Source of the DNA: Promethearchaeota archaeon
GTDB taxonomy: Archaea > Asgardarchaeota > Lokiarchaeia > Sigyniarchaeales > SOKP01
Direction: 5' to 3'
Assembly: GCA_048938005.1 (NCBI GenBank)
Contig: JBHLMQ010000001.1
Location: 152,925-216,924, forward strand
Length of the DNA stretch: 64,000 nt
Position 1 is the first letter of the stretch, and each line of letters opens with the position of its first letter. Both the position numbers and the translations under genes were made by a program. Shown here in pieces: positions 39,226 through 50,900 of the stretch. The notes under the pieces were generated by a model. That model was not told where the DNA came from and did no database searches. It was given only the letters and a program-made list of their open reading frames with translations.

Positions 39226-41352
39226 TTATTCTATTTTATTTGTAAATTTAATTTGATTACTCTTTGGCTCATATAGAGTTCCCTCTTTAACCAGTTCTTC
39301 TAAAGCACTTTCTATAAACTTTCTATCTAAACTCTCTTCTAACTCTAAAATTTGAATAACATTAGATTTTTCGAGAGCTTTCCAACTATTCTCTTCAAAA
39401 ATCTCTTTTAATTTATTCATTAGAGTTTCTAGTCTATTTAGACTGCTTCTAGACTGCCCAACAAAGATCCTATCCATATCAATTTTACCACTTGTCTCAT
39501 CATATCCTGTATCTTTAAGATATCTTTTGAATAACTTGATAATTTCTTCAACATCTTCTTTAAGTACTTTATCTCTTAAAGCCATTTTAGCATAAGCCTC
39601 ACCAAGTCTAACGAGAGCATCTAAATTTCTTGCTAAAATTGAGATTATTGCATCTTCACTGTCATATTGACCTCTTAATTCTAGGTAAAATTCCTTAATT
39701 CTTTCTTTAGCCTCATCAGTTAATACAGGATAATATGTTCTTCTTGCGTGTTTAATGTATTTTTTCAAGAGATCTCTAGAAATAGGAGCTAATGATTCAT
39801 TATTTTCTTCAGAAATATCTTCTGGCCGCATCATAGAATTTTTTAAAATAAATTCAGCCATTTGTGCATCATCTGCGGGATTAGGTTTATCAATAACTAC
39901 AAAAATTAAATCAAAGCGAGATAAAAGAGAAGCAGGTAGTCGAATATTCTGAGTAGGCGTTTTATATCGATCATATCTTCCAGAATAGGGATTAGCTGCC
40001 GCGATAATAGCAGTTTGGGCTTTTAATGTAGCAACAATTCCAGCTTTAGCAATACTTACGGTTTGTTGTTCCATCGCCTCGTGCAGAGCAGATCGGTCCG
40101 CTGTGTCCATTTTATCGAATTCATCTATTGCTGCTACACCTCCATTTGCTAATACGACAACACCAGCTTCAAGATTCATTTGACCTGTATCAGTATCTTT
40201 TATTACTGCAGCAGTTAGACCTACAGCGGTAGAACCTTTTCCAGAGGTGTATAATCCTCGTGGAGATACTTCTATAGCACTTTTCAGGATTTCACTTTTC
40301 CCAGTTCCGGGATCTCCAACAAATAATATATGAATGTCTCCTCTTTTATAACCTCCCCCAGGTTTTCTCTTCCTTGTTCCAGCAAATAAACTTAAAGCTG
40401 AAGCCATTTTAAGATCCTCTCTCCCATATATGTCAGGAGCAATTGATCGTGCGATTTTTTTTTGAACAAATGGTTCTTTGGATAAATCTTCAATTTTTTT
40501 CTTATCCTCTTTTGTGAGATCAATAGAGTCTTCAGTTTTATCTTCGGGATCTATAAAATTGATATCAAAATAAGTTTTAAACAAGTTGGAATTATTACTT
40601 TTAGTTGATTGAGCTAAGACTGATTTAAAAATTCCCATTAATTTCACTCTATCTCCAGGTTTTACCGTATCAACTAAGTCATAAGTTAAAATTCCTTGAA
40701 CTGATCTAGGAATTCTTCCAGGTGGTAAATCTTCCGGAATTTCTTGAACCATAACACTTTGCCAATCAATAAATTCTGAATGTTTTGATAATAACCTAAA
40801 ATCAGATTGTGCTTTAGCCTTACATCTTTTATTTGTACAAAATTTAGGCCACCTTATTCTAGAGGTTAATTGAGGTATGTCAAATTGAGCACCACACAAA
40901 TTACATATAAAGGTTGCTTTTTCTAATTTGGGTCTTATAGTAGAGCTTCTGACTAAGATACCTTTAGACCAAACAAGAGAACTAATATGTTTTGCTCTTA
41001 ATCCCCTTAAAGGGATAAATAATGGACTTTTCTTATCCCTAGTTGTTATTCTTACAAAATAATCTTGATTAATTAGTTGGGCACCCTGAAATTTTAATAA
41101 ATTCTTGAATGCTTCGACAGCATCCTCAAGAATATCTTCTGGGTCTTTTTTTAACATTTCGGCAATATCAGGATCACTCGCTAAGAGATCTTCATAGAAA
41201 ATAAATAATGTATTTTCGCCTTTAGCGTAAATATCATTAATTTGGTCTTGGTATTTATACACTCCTGGGCTTTCTTGAAATGACCGATAAAAATCCTCAA
41301 AGCGTTGAATTTTATTAATCGGTTGACTAGAACTGGATAAAGGAGTTGTCAT
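39226..41352 (-). CDS. mcm: MCM replicative helicase
   Basis: Zn finger, GDPGTGKS, GLTAAV, IDEFDKM, HEAMEQQ, LLSRFD, C-terminal winged helix. Confidence 0.97.
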   Translation of the reverse strand: MTTPLSSSSQPINKIQRFEDFYRSFQESPGVYKYQDQINDIYAKGENTLFIFYEDLLASDPDIAEMLKKDPEDILEDAVEAFKNLLKFQGAQLINQDYFVRITTRDKKSPLFIPLRGLRAKHISSLVWSKGILVRSSTIRPKLEKATFICNLCGAQFDIPQLTSRIRWPKFCTNKRCKAKAQSDFRLLSKHSEFIDWQSVMVQEIPEDLPPGRIPRSVQGILTYDLVDTVKPGDRVKLMGIFKSVLAQSTKSNNSNLFKTYFDINFIDPEDKTEDSIDLTKEDKKKIEDLSKEPFVQKKIARSIAPDIYGREDLKMASALSLFAGTRKRKPGGGYKRGDIHILFVGDPGTGKSEILKSAIEVSPRGLYTSGKGSTAVGLTAAVIKDTDTGQMNLEAGVVVLANGGVAAIDEFDKMDTADRSALHEAMEQQTVSIAKAGIVATLKAQTAIIAAANPYSGRYDRYKTPTQNIRLPASLLSRFDLIFVVIDKPNPADDAQMAEFILKNSMMRPEDISEENNESLAPISRDLLKKYIKHARRTYYPVLTDEAKERIKEFYLELRGQYDSEDAIISILARNLDALVRLGEAYAKMALRDKVLKEDVEEIIKLFKRYLKDTGYDETSGKIDMDRIFVGQSRSSLNRLETLMNKLKEIFEENSWKALEKSNVIQILELEESLDRKFIESALEELVKEGTLYEPKSNQIKFTNKIE

Positions 41353-41522
41353 AATAGATTACATTAATTTTTTTGATATAACTAAATATATTTACAAATT
41401 TTTTAATCCATCATATTAACGAATTGATTTATTATTGAGTAAATAATCAAGTATAAAAAGAGTAAGACTCTCGAACGATTTACTAAATTGTAATTAATTT
41501 GATAACGATAAAAAATAGCATA

Positions 41523-44500
41523 TTAAGTTTCTTTTAATTGTTGCAAGATTTCACAAATAATAGGATCTTGACTCATTTCGCATCTGATTTTTAAAAGAGA
41601 AATTACTCTTTTTTTAATTTTTTCATTTTCATACTTCACTGTTCGCCCTAAAATTAAAGCAATAGAACGTTGAGTTTCCAAGGAACCTTCATCACTTAGA
41701 TTTTGTAATAGTTTTGTTAATATCCGATTAAGTCCTACTTCTTGAATCACTTTAACAAAACTGTTAATAGTGCTAGTTCTTACTTCTTTTGATTCATCTT
41801 CTAATAATATAACGACCTCATCAAATATCTCTTCAATCTGTTTACTGTAAATCCCTATTAATCCAGCTGAGGCTTCTCTAACCTTAGGATCGGTACTTTT
41901 TAAATAATTTTGTAAATTATTAAAAGGAATATGAAAACTGTTAACTTCTTTAATAGTCGATAAAATATGCATAGAAGACCTGCGAACCCAACTTTGTTCA
42001 TCATTTAGTAAAGATACAAGTTTTTCAATAATTTTTTCCTTTTTATCAACATGATTAATTATTTTACCTAAGCTTTTGATCGCTGCTTCTCTAACGATCC
42101 ATTCATCATCGATTAAAGCGCTATTTATTAGTGCATCAATAACTGATAATGGAAGCTTATATCCAATAAAACCAAGAATTTTTACACTTGTTTCACGGAT
42201 GAATGAATCTTGATCATTAAGAAAATTAAGAATTTCTTGAACTGGAATGATATCTGGTGATTTTTTAGCTATTTCCAATAAAGATTTAGAAAGAACAATC
42301 CTAACAGATAATTCTTGTTCAATTAATATCTGAAAAAATTCAGATAAATATGGTTTTATTAGAGATGGCTCTTTTTGAGCAATTTTTGAAATAATACTTG
42401 ATGCTGTTTTTTTAATGTCTTTGTTTTTATCCTTTTGTAATATTAAAAGGATTGGTTTCAAATTGATATCATCAAGGAATTCTTCAATCATTCCATCTAT
42501 TGAATTAAGAGCATTTAATCTTACATCATCATTTTCATCATAGAAATAACTTATTAAAAGAGGAATTATATTTTTTGGATCTCTTTTACCAATTTTGATT
42601 AATGTTTTTGATACAATTCCTTTTGTTATAAATCTTGAAATATCCGGAATTTTTATTAGATTTTGAACTATTAGATCAGGATTATTTGCATAGTTTTCTA
42701 CTAAAATTTCTGAAATATTTTCTCTCAATTGTTCATTTTCAAATTTTATAAATATTAAAAAAGAAGTTAATATTTTTTCAGGATTATATTTCCATAATCT
42801 TCCAAGAAGAGAAACAAAGCTATTTAATATCTCAGAACTATTTGGATCAATTTTATCAATTATATTATCTATATCTAACAATTCTGGTTCCTCTTCAAAA
42901 TATTTTTCGAGCACGTTTATTGCTGCATTTCTCGTTATTTCATTTAAATCTGTCAATCCGTCCAAGAAAGGTGTAATAGGAACATTATTTTTTTTAAAAT
43001 TCCCAATTTTCGCAAATACATCAAAAATCGATGCTCTCACTGAACTGGATGGATCTTTTATCAGAGGAATAATTTTAGAAATTAACTTTCGGTCAATTTT
43101 TTCAAATTCAAGGTTTTTAATATTTTTGATCGCTGCGGCACTGATTTCATTATTAACGTGAAAAATTTTGTCGATTAAAGTTTCTATAGGGATTTTGTAA
43201 GAGGAATAAGCTATAATATTAAGGATTTCAGCTTGAATCTTACTATGTGGGTCATCTATTAATTTTTTAATATTTAAATATGAAATTAAATCATTATTTC
43301 TTTTTAGTAATCTAAAGAATAATTTTAATCCTAAACTTCTTAATCTCCAATCTGAATCTGCGAGGAGATTGAGAATTAAATTTGTAGGTAGTTTTTCCAC
43401 CAAATTAATATCTTCTTTTAAAAGTGTTGTTGTAATAGGTATACACTTATCATAATTTGGAGATTCTAATGCTTCAATTATCCAAGGTAATATTATCTCT
43501 GGAACGTCCTTTTCTAACTGAATAAAGATTTTTTTACAAATCTTTCTTGAAAAAGGATTATAATCACAGATACCATCTAATAATGAATTTTTGAATTTCC
43601 ATTCATTAAGATCTATTTCATTTTTTAGAGGAATCCTTTCAAACATTAAAATTAGTGTTTCTTTAGCATGTTTCCTTATTTTTGGATTAGAATTCTTAAT
43701 AAAATTAAATAGTGGAATTGGGTCAAATGTTTGGCCACATTCTGTAATTTTTGAATACTTTATATTTGTTACAAATTCATTAGTTTTTGCTAGAAAAAAA
43801 TATGATGTAAAAACAATTAACACAGTTTCTTCAATAACAGCTGCCCAAGCAAAACTCAAACTGCTGGGTACAATTTGATTAGTGATAGTCCATAAATTAA
43901 AAGTATAGAGCAACTTTTCAGGGTTTACGATTAAAAAATTTACTAAAACATTAATTCCTATAGAGGCCATTAAGTATGCAGCGAAGTATATATCTATTCC
44001 TCTATATTTAATTTTTCGCCCCCAAAAACGAGTGAAATATCCTAATATTCCAAAAAAGAGAGTTACAAATACAAAGATTGAAGACATAGTCGATATGGCT
44101 AATTTCCCAGTGAAAAAGAAAATAACAGTCTGAATTAATGAAATCCATGCCCATACAAATACGAATAACATCAATCCAAATATTATATAATATACCCAAT
44201 CAGTCTTGAATTGTTTCATTCCTCGTTTTTTATCTTCAAAATTGAGAAATATTGATCTTTTCATATCTGGAATATGATAATAAACATTTGAAATACCAGC
44301 AATATATCCTTTAGACCCATAAAAAGTTAAAATCATAAGAGGATATACAAGCATCCAAGTTATCCAAATCATGATAAAAGGTAATCCCAACAATGATAGT
44401 ATAATTGGAGGGAGAATAAATACTAGTATATAAAAAGCTAAAGCAATTAATAAATTTCCAAGCTTATTTTTTGATATTTTAATAATATTTTTGTTAATAA

Positions 44501-44876
44501 ATTTATGAAACGGTGTTAACCCTTCATCTGATTCTCTACTTGTAGCAATAAATAGGAAATCTATCATAGGATAAAAAGTAATGTATATTAAACAAAAAGT
44601 AAATGGGATAAGGAGCGCTAAAGGAGGGACATCTGGTGGTGTGGTTGCTGGATCCCAGAATTCGGGTGATCTTACAGCATAGATTACAGCTACAGAAAAT
44701 ACTAGCATGATTGACAAACTAAAAATAATGCCATAGAAAATACATTGAAATCTATCCTTATTTCGAAATTCTCCTTTTTTAACTAAAGCTACTTGTCTAT
44801 AAATTATATAAAACCCAATGAAAAAGAATATTATAAAGACTATAAGAAGAATTATTTCTATTACCAAGATTTTCAC
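41523..44876 (-). CDS. Multi-TM membrane protein with a long C-terminal HEAT-repeat solenoid
   Basis: About 360-aa hydrophobic N-terminal part, then many L.D....VR..A repeats (DPSSSVRAS, DEWIVREAA, DEQSWVRRS). Confidence 0.85.
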   Translation of the reverse strand: MKILVIEIILLIVFIIFFFIGFYIIYRQVALVKKGEFRNKDRFQCIFYGIIFSLSIMLVFSVAVIYAVRSPEFWDPATTPPDVPPLALLIPFTFCLIYITFYPMIDFLFIATSRESDEGLTPFHKFINKNIIKISKNKLGNLLIALAFYILVFILPPIILSLLGLPFIMIWITWMLVYPLMILTFYGSKGYIAGISNVYYHIPDMKRSIFLNFEDKKRGMKQFKTDWVYYIIFGLMLFVFVWAWISLIQTVIFFFTGKLAISTMSSIFVFVTLFFGILGYFTRFWGRKIKYRGIDIYFAAYLMASIGINVLVNFLIVNPEKLLYTFNLWTITNQIVPSSLSFAWAAVIEETVLIVFTSYFFLAKTNEFVTNIKYSKITECGQTFDPIPLFNFIKNSNPKIRKHAKETLILMFERIPLKNEIDLNEWKFKNSLLDGICDYNPFSRKICKKIFIQLEKDVPEIILPWIIEALESPNYDKCIPITTTLLKEDINLVEKLPTNLILNLLADSDWRLRSLGLKLFFRLLKRNNDLISYLNIKKLIDDPHSKIQAEILNIIAYSSYKIPIETLIDKIFHVNNEISAAAIKNIKNLEFEKIDRKLISKIIPLIKDPSSSVRASIFDVFAKIGNFKKNNVPITPFLDGLTDLNEITRNAAINVLEKYFEEEPELLDIDNIIDKIDPNSSEILNSFVSLLGRLWKYNPEKILTSFLIFIKFENEQLRENISEILVENYANNPDLIVQNLIKIPDISRFITKGIVSKTLIKIGKRDPKNIIPLLISYFYDENDDVRLNALNSIDGMIEEFLDDINLKPILLILQKDKNKDIKKTASSIISKIAQKEPSLIKPYLSEFFQILIEQELSVRIVLSKSLLEIAKKSPDIIPVQEILNFLNDQDSFIRETSVKILGFIGYKLPLSVIDALINSALIDDEWIVREAAIKSLGKIINHVDKKEKIIEKLVSLLNDEQSWVRRSSMHILSTIKEVNSFHIPFNNLQNYLKSTDPKVREASAGLIGIYSKQIEEIFDEVVILLEDESKEVRTSTINSFVKVIQEVGLNRILTKLLQNLSDEGSLETQRSIALILGRTVKYENEKIKKRVISLLKIRCEMSQDPIICEILQQLKET

Positions 44877-44970
44877 GAGATTTTAAATTTATTAATAAAA
44901 TAATAGCATGTTTATTTCTCTTGTATTACTTTTGTATAGTATATAAAGATTTATTAATTTATTAAATCTG

Positions 44971-45531
44971 GTGTATAAATTATTGGAAATAATTGAAGAA
45001 CGCTTAATTAATTCGTTAAATCGGATAAACTTCATTTTTCGTAATGAAATAATAGTTACTGATTGCGTCAAGAATTTTGAAGGTTTTTCTCTTTTAGGAG
45101 AATCTTTTGGTCCTTTCGAGAAAGGTAAAAAATATAAAATTAAGTTATTTTCAGCCATACCTTTTATTGAAAAAGAGATATTAAAAGTTGCATCTTCAGA
45201 TAAATGTGACAATATTGATGTTCAAAGATATGCTATAGGAGAAAGAGATGATTTGAAACTAATCAAAAGAACGGATAACTTTTTTTTGAATAAAATAAGG
45301 GAATATAAGAGATTCATGGAAATTGAAATAAATAAAAAGAGCAAACCTAAAATAGACTTAGACAGATATAATTCATACACTTCAAATATCATCGATAGTC
45401 GGTTATTAAAACTATTAAAACTGTCTATGGCAGAATTATCTTTAGAGGATGAGAGAAGACTAACGAATTCCGAGAAATTTCTTTACAAATATTTATATAA
45501 TCTCATTAAAATATGGAGAGATTTTTTTTAA
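44971..45531 (+). CDS. GINS23 (Psf2/Psf3-type, B-A domain order) replication factor
   Basis: B-domain-like GESFGPFEKGKKYKIKLF, then NIIDSRLLKLLKL and LTNSEKFLY...W; lies near mcm. Confidence 0.7.
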   Translation: MYKLLEIIEERLINSLNRINFIFRNEIIVTDCVKNFEGFSLLGESFGPFEKGKKYKIKLFSAIPFIEKEILKVASSDKCDNIDVQRYAIGERDDLKLIKRTDNFFLNKIREYKRFMEIEINKKSKPKIDLDRYNSYTSNIIDSRLLKLLKLSMAELSLEDERRLTNSEKFLYKYLYNLIKIWRDFF

Positions 45532-45568
45532 TTTTAGTATAATTTAAATTATAATTAGAATAGAAATG

Positions 45569-46246
45569 TTAGAGCTTTATCTGTTCTGTCCCATATTTGT
45601 TGAAGTATTCCTCAATGTTTTTTGCCATATCTTCACTCATGTTTAAATTAGGCAATAAATCAATTGCATTGCTCATTGCATAATACGGGACATTTTCTTC
45701 TAAAATAATCTCTTTTACATTTTTTCCATCATCCCTTAATTCGTTTCTATTTGTCAATCCTATAGCAGCAATTATTTCTATATTTAATTCCCTTAATTTT
45801 TTAATTGTGTTAATTAAAGATCCCCCGGTTGTTGTAACATCTTCAAGAATAATAGTTTCCCCTTTAGGGATCCCAAGAAAAAATTTATCTTTTGGATCTC
45901 CGTGTTCTTTTTGTTTACCTCTACCCATTGATAAGGTATAATTTCCAGAGTTATAATTTTTCTGTCTTTTTGCCCATTTATATTGTGTAATAATGCCTAA
46001 TTTTGTTGCTCCTTCTGGAACACCATAAAAACACTTAGGTTTTAAGCCTAAATTTTCAACAAATAAAAAAATATAATCAGTTAATTGATCAAGTAAGAAA
46101 ACGTCGGAAGTAATATTCCTCCAATTTACATACCAATAAGATAATCTATCAGATTTTAATTTTATAGGTTTTTCAAATAAGCCAATAACATTCTGGTTTA
46201 ATATAAATTCCTTAAAATTTTCTTTATCCCAATTCATAAAAATCAA
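45569..46246 (-). CDS. pyrE: Orotate phosphoribosyltransferase
   Basis: LKSDRLS.WYVN, KEHG, PRPP-binding IILEDVTTTGGS. Confidence 0.88.
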   Translation of the reverse strand: MIFMNWDKENFKEFILNQNVIGLFEKPIKLKSDRLSYWYVNWRNITSDVFLLDQLTDYIFLFVENLGLKPKCFYGVPEGATKLGIITQYKWAKRQKNYNSGNYTLSMGRGKQKEHGDPKDKFFLGIPKGETIILEDVTTTGGSLINTIKKLRELNIEIIAAIGLTNRNELRDDGKNVKEIILEENVPYYAMSNAIDLLPNLNMSEDMAKNIEEYFNKYGTEQIKL

Positions 46247-46323
46247 TTTAGCATAGAATTAAATTTTTTTAAAAAAAATAGTTTTCATTTCTATTAATTT
46301 TTATTTATTGGTTATTTTCTATT

Positions 46324-46719
46324 TCATTCTTTGATATTCGCAAGAATTTTTTGAGCTTGTGATGCTATTGTTTTATTAGTCTGTTTAGTTAAATTTTCTA
46401 ATAAATTTTGAATTGGGATAACAGCTCTAGTATTAGTTTCTGAAAGTTCTTCAAAAATAGAAAGGATAGAGAGAATTTCTTCTTGATTGGATCCCTCAAA
46501 AATTTGTTTAACTTTAGGAATAGCGGTTTTATTTAAAATTTCATTAAGATATTGTGAAATTTCTGCTTCTATTTTAGGATCTCGATAGGATCTTAATTTA
46601 TTACTTTTAATATACTCAACAAAAATGAAAGGCATTTCAACTGGCCATTCATTTATTTTTTCCAATTCAATTAATTGGATTACTCCACCATCATCTTTAT
46701 AAAAGAGTTTTATATCCAA
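46324..46719 (-). CDS. Hypothetical protein with a HEAT-like helical C-terminus, overlapping top6A
   Basis: ORF start overlaps the top6A stop by 10 nt. Confidence 0.7.
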   Translation of the reverse strand: MDIKLFYKDDGGVIQLIELEKINEWPVEMPFIFVEYIKSNKLRSYRDPKIEAEISQYLNEILNKTAIPKVKQIFEGSNQEEILSILSIFEELSETNTRAVIPIQNLLENLTKQTNKTIASQAQKILANIKE

Positions 46720-47891
46720 TCACCTGTAGTTAGTTTTTCAGGTAAATATTTTTCGGTTAAGAACTCAAAACCATGAGTTGATAGAGCCTGAATTTCTGCT
46801 TTAACATTCTTTTTAAGAGATAATCTAAGATCCTCTTCCCACGCTTTATTTTTTTTAACAAATTCTTCATTTAATAAATCTTTGATTCGTTTAATATCTA
46901 CTTTTTCTAATTTTAGTCTAGCAACCTCCGGAATTTTATAAGTATCCAAATCTCGAGTTAAAACTCCAAGAAGTTTTATATTAGGGGTTGCTAAAAAGGG
47001 AGATTCATAACTTAAGCGTTTTGATCCCCTTAAATACACAGAATGGATATAATGGCCGTAAGGATCACTATCAACTAAACTAAAAACTGGAAGATTTAAT
47101 TCCTTGCTTAAGCGTTTTAAAAACATGCGGGTAGCAATATCTCCAACACCTCCAGCTGTTAGTAGGATACAAGGATATTTACGCCAAAATCTATCTTCAG
47201 CAAAACGCATCATAGCGGCTTCTTTTTCTATCGCTAAGATAAATTCCGCATCTGATTCAATTATTTCAATATTGTCAAGAAATGGAGATATTTTCCAACC
47301 GCCGCTTCCTAATCCTTCAAGATCGATGATATCAGTCTTATCTCTAATCCTAAGCCTTCCTATACAAGTTCCATTTGCTGTAGCAACAATGTGGGTTGAA
47401 TTTCTTGTAGTATACAGCATTATTGCTGCATCCTCGATACTTTTATCACTGATTTTTTGTTCATCAAATAATTTAACATCTGTATAGAAAACTTCTCTTT
47501 TGGTTGCATGCAGATCTTTAACCAACAATTCATGTACTATTTCAAGGATCCGCATTAATCTAGTAATATCTGCGACGCTTGTAAGAGTATGGAATTGTTT
47601 TTCTTGAAGTTGTTGACCAAGAAGCAATAAATCATTTTCTTCGTCCCAAATAATATTTGAACTCGATCTGGAAGGTAATTTTATGGATGGTCTTCCTGTT
47701 TTATTTATTTTATCTATTACATTATCAACGAGTTTATATAATCTATCTAAAACATTTTTTCTATTAAGATCATCAATATTTACAGTATTTTCAGGAAGTT
47801 TAATTTCTTTTTTTTCGGTTCCTTTATTCAAATATTCTTTAAATAATTTTTTTGTTGCTTTTAAATCATAATTTTGTTGTTTTTTTGCCAT
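46710..47891 (-). CDS. top6A: DNA topoisomerase VI subunit A
   Basis: TKREVFY (catalytic Tyr), IEKEA, DSDPYG, KAEIQAL. Confidence 0.95.
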   Translation of the reverse strand: MAKKQQNYDLKATKKLFKEYLNKGTEKKEIKLPENTVNIDDLNRKNVLDRLYKLVDNVIDKINKTGRPSIKLPSRSSSNIIWDEENDLLLLGQQLQEKQFHTLTSVADITRLMRILEIVHELLVKDLHATKREVFYTDVKLFDEQKISDKSIEDAAIMLYTTRNSTHIVATANGTCIGRLRIRDKTDIIDLEGLGSGGWKISPFLDNIEIIESDAEFILAIEKEAAMMRFAEDRFWRKYPCILLTAGGVGDIATRMFLKRLSKELNLPVFSLVDSDPYGHYIHSVYLRGSKRLSYESPFLATPNIKLLGVLTRDLDTYKIPEVARLKLEKVDIKRIKDLLNEEFVKKNKAWEEDLRLSLKKNVKAEIQALSTHGFEFLTEKYLPEKLTTGDWI

Positions 47892-47907
47892 AATATTCTC
47901 CTAATTA

Positions 47908-50900
47908 TTATTTTAATTTCCATTGTCTTTTACCCATTTTTGTTTCAACTAAAACATATCCTTTACGCTCCAATTCTTTAAGTTTCAGCTGAAGATATCG
48001 TGCATCCATCATATCTTTAATTTTTAGTTTGAAAATGAGATGTTTAATAGTTTGCCATTCTTTAGATAAAACATTTAATATATTTTCAGTTGTTATAATT
48101 GGTAATGTTGTTTGTTTTTGTTTTAGGGGTTTTGGTTTTTGTATAAGTGTGGTTTCTTTAGGGATTGCCTCAATTGGGGCTTTTACTCTAGAAATTGGCA
48201 ACGGTGCTTGTGTTGAAGGTACAATTTCTGGAATAACTTTAATAACTTCTGGAGGTTTTAACTCTATTGGTTTTATTTCAACAGGTTTTTTATAAAATTC
48301 TAGAATTTTATCTATAATAACCATTTTTGTATCTTTAGATAGAAGTGCAATATCATATTCTTTACAATATTCAATCAATTCATTTTTTGTCCAATTTTTA
48401 AGAGTTTTCTCAGTAAAAAATTCTTTTGGGGGTTCAACTTTCTTCATAATTTGTTGTATTTCAGATGGTTCTTCAATCAATTCTTCCTTTTTAATTACAG
48501 TTTCTTTAATTTCTCTTACTTCTGGAGGTTTAGCAACAGGTGTGGGTTTTTTACCTATTGCATTCCTCATTAAAGCTTCTAATTCCTTTTTATCAAGTTT
48601 AGATTTATGTATACTTTCACCTTGAGAGGCTATATTATACAAGCTTTTAACAAATAGAGGTATGTATTTTTCTATTAGACTGGCTCTCTTTTCACTCTTA
48701 CGGAGACTTGCTTTTCTGTTGAGATATATTCTTAATCTTCTTCCTATTGCTTCAAGGCAAAACTTAATTTCTTTTATTAAATCTTCATCATCAGCCAATG
48801 CATTTTTTGATTGGGATTTAAACATTAAATGCACAAAAGGTCCTGAAACATTAACTAATAATTTTATTGGCCCTTTTGGTAAGTTATTATCATAAGTATC
48901 AACGTTATAATTTTTCCAATTAACTGCTTGAACTGCTTTTGTGATAGCACAATCTGCACTATCTCTTAATTTAGGTGTTCTATTTACAAATCTAGATAAA
49001 ACATCCCTAGACCGTTTCGGAACTTCTAAATTTCTTGAATAAGCCATTACAGCTTCAACAACATAAGCTAAACCTTTTCCACTTGTAGGAGCCCTTGTTT
49101 CTGCTGATACAAAATCATCATCCTTTGTATAGTTTTCAATGAAATATTCAAAAACATCACTGTAGGTATCTATAGAATCTATATCAGAGTATATGAGAAG
49201 ACCATCAATAGATTGCTTTACTTGCTGTGGATCCATTGTTTCATCAATAATATCAATGGTTCCTAATATCTCTGAGCCCAAATTAATAATCTCTTCTGGA
49301 TCTATTGAAATATTAGCAATAGCCTTGTCATCATTCTTTATCCCTTCTTCTAATAAAGCTCTCTTCTTATTTTCGTATAATAATTGAGATATCTGATAAA
49401 TATTATCAATAGGTCCAGCAAAATCATCTATATTTTCTGAGATTCTTAATCCAATTTCTTTAATTAGTGTATTCTCCAAAGTTGAATCCCCCACTGGAAT
49501 TGCTGTATCCGTTGGAGGTGCCATATACTTGATAGATTTAAAAGCAAGGAATAGAGAATTAAATTGCTCTTTTGTTATTTCGATAGGTTTAACTTTAGAT
49601 ATCTGTACTTTATTAACAAGATCTTCAAAATCTGTTCGGTTTTTTAATTTTTTTAATTCAATAATTCCCTCTTTTGTTTCTTTAAACAAGTTATTTAAAT
49701 CTACTTTAATTCTATCTTTTTGATTTCTAATATCATCTATGTTTTTCAACAATTTTTTAATATTTCTTTCAATATTCTTTATTTCTTTTTGAGTTTCAGT
49801 TTTCTCAATACGATTATTTAGTTTCTTAATTTCTTTGTTTATTTTTTCGAAATCTTTATTGAATTTATTATAATTAGAGATTAGATTCCAATAACTTTCT
49901 TTTAGATTGTCAGATTCAACTTGATAAATAATTAATTTGTCTCTAGGTTTGTCAGAACGACCGAAAATTCGTTTTTCATATCTCATACAATATATTCCAT
50001 CTGTCTTTTTCTGTGCTAAATTTACAAAACAATCTTTTAGAATAAGTAAATTTAAGCGGTCTTGTAAATCTCTTTCAGCAATATCAACAATTTCTTTGGC
50101 TGTTTTTGAACTCATTCTTACAAAATTATCTTGTAAAAATGCTGAAACTGATTTATTTTCTGATTTTGTAATTAAATCTTGGAGATCCCCGATATTAACT
50201 GAGGAAGGATGAGGTTTAGCATATTTAGGTTCGTCTGGGAAAGATGTTGCTAGTCTTCGGTAAATTTTTTCCTTCCCTTCTGGATCAATATAAATAATTG
50301 TAACATGAGGGTTCATAAATGCAGTTTCTTCAATGTATTTCTCAATATAACCTCTAACATATTTTACATTTAAATAATTCAATTTAATATAGGTGCCATG
50401 GAGAAAAGGGCTGTCAATATCAGTTGGATGAATTAAATATTTTTTTTCATTTTTTGAAGTTGTAAAAAATTCTGTTACAGTTGCATAAACATTATCTAAT
50501 GATTTCGACACAGTGATAACCGGTTTACCCGTTGTATTTTGAGCATCGCTAAAGGCACTTGGTGCTCCAAATCCTTGACTCCCTCTAGTTTGTTTTAATT
50601 CCATGGATTTTGACGAAGCAAGATATCTACCAAATTTTCTTAAATCAATTTTTGACATTCCAGTCCCATTATCGAAAATTTCAAAAGTGTAACTCATGAT
50701 ATTTTTCTGGCTGATTTCAGAGGTTAAAAATGAAGGTGCTTCATATTCCTTAATACGTACAATTACTATTGGTTCTACATCAATAATTAATTCAACAGGT
50801 TTAATGATTTCTTGCATGTCATCAATAATTCTTTTAACCTCTTCTTCCACTTCTAATTCTTCTTTATTTATTATTTCTCCTGATTCTTCTTCCTTTACTT

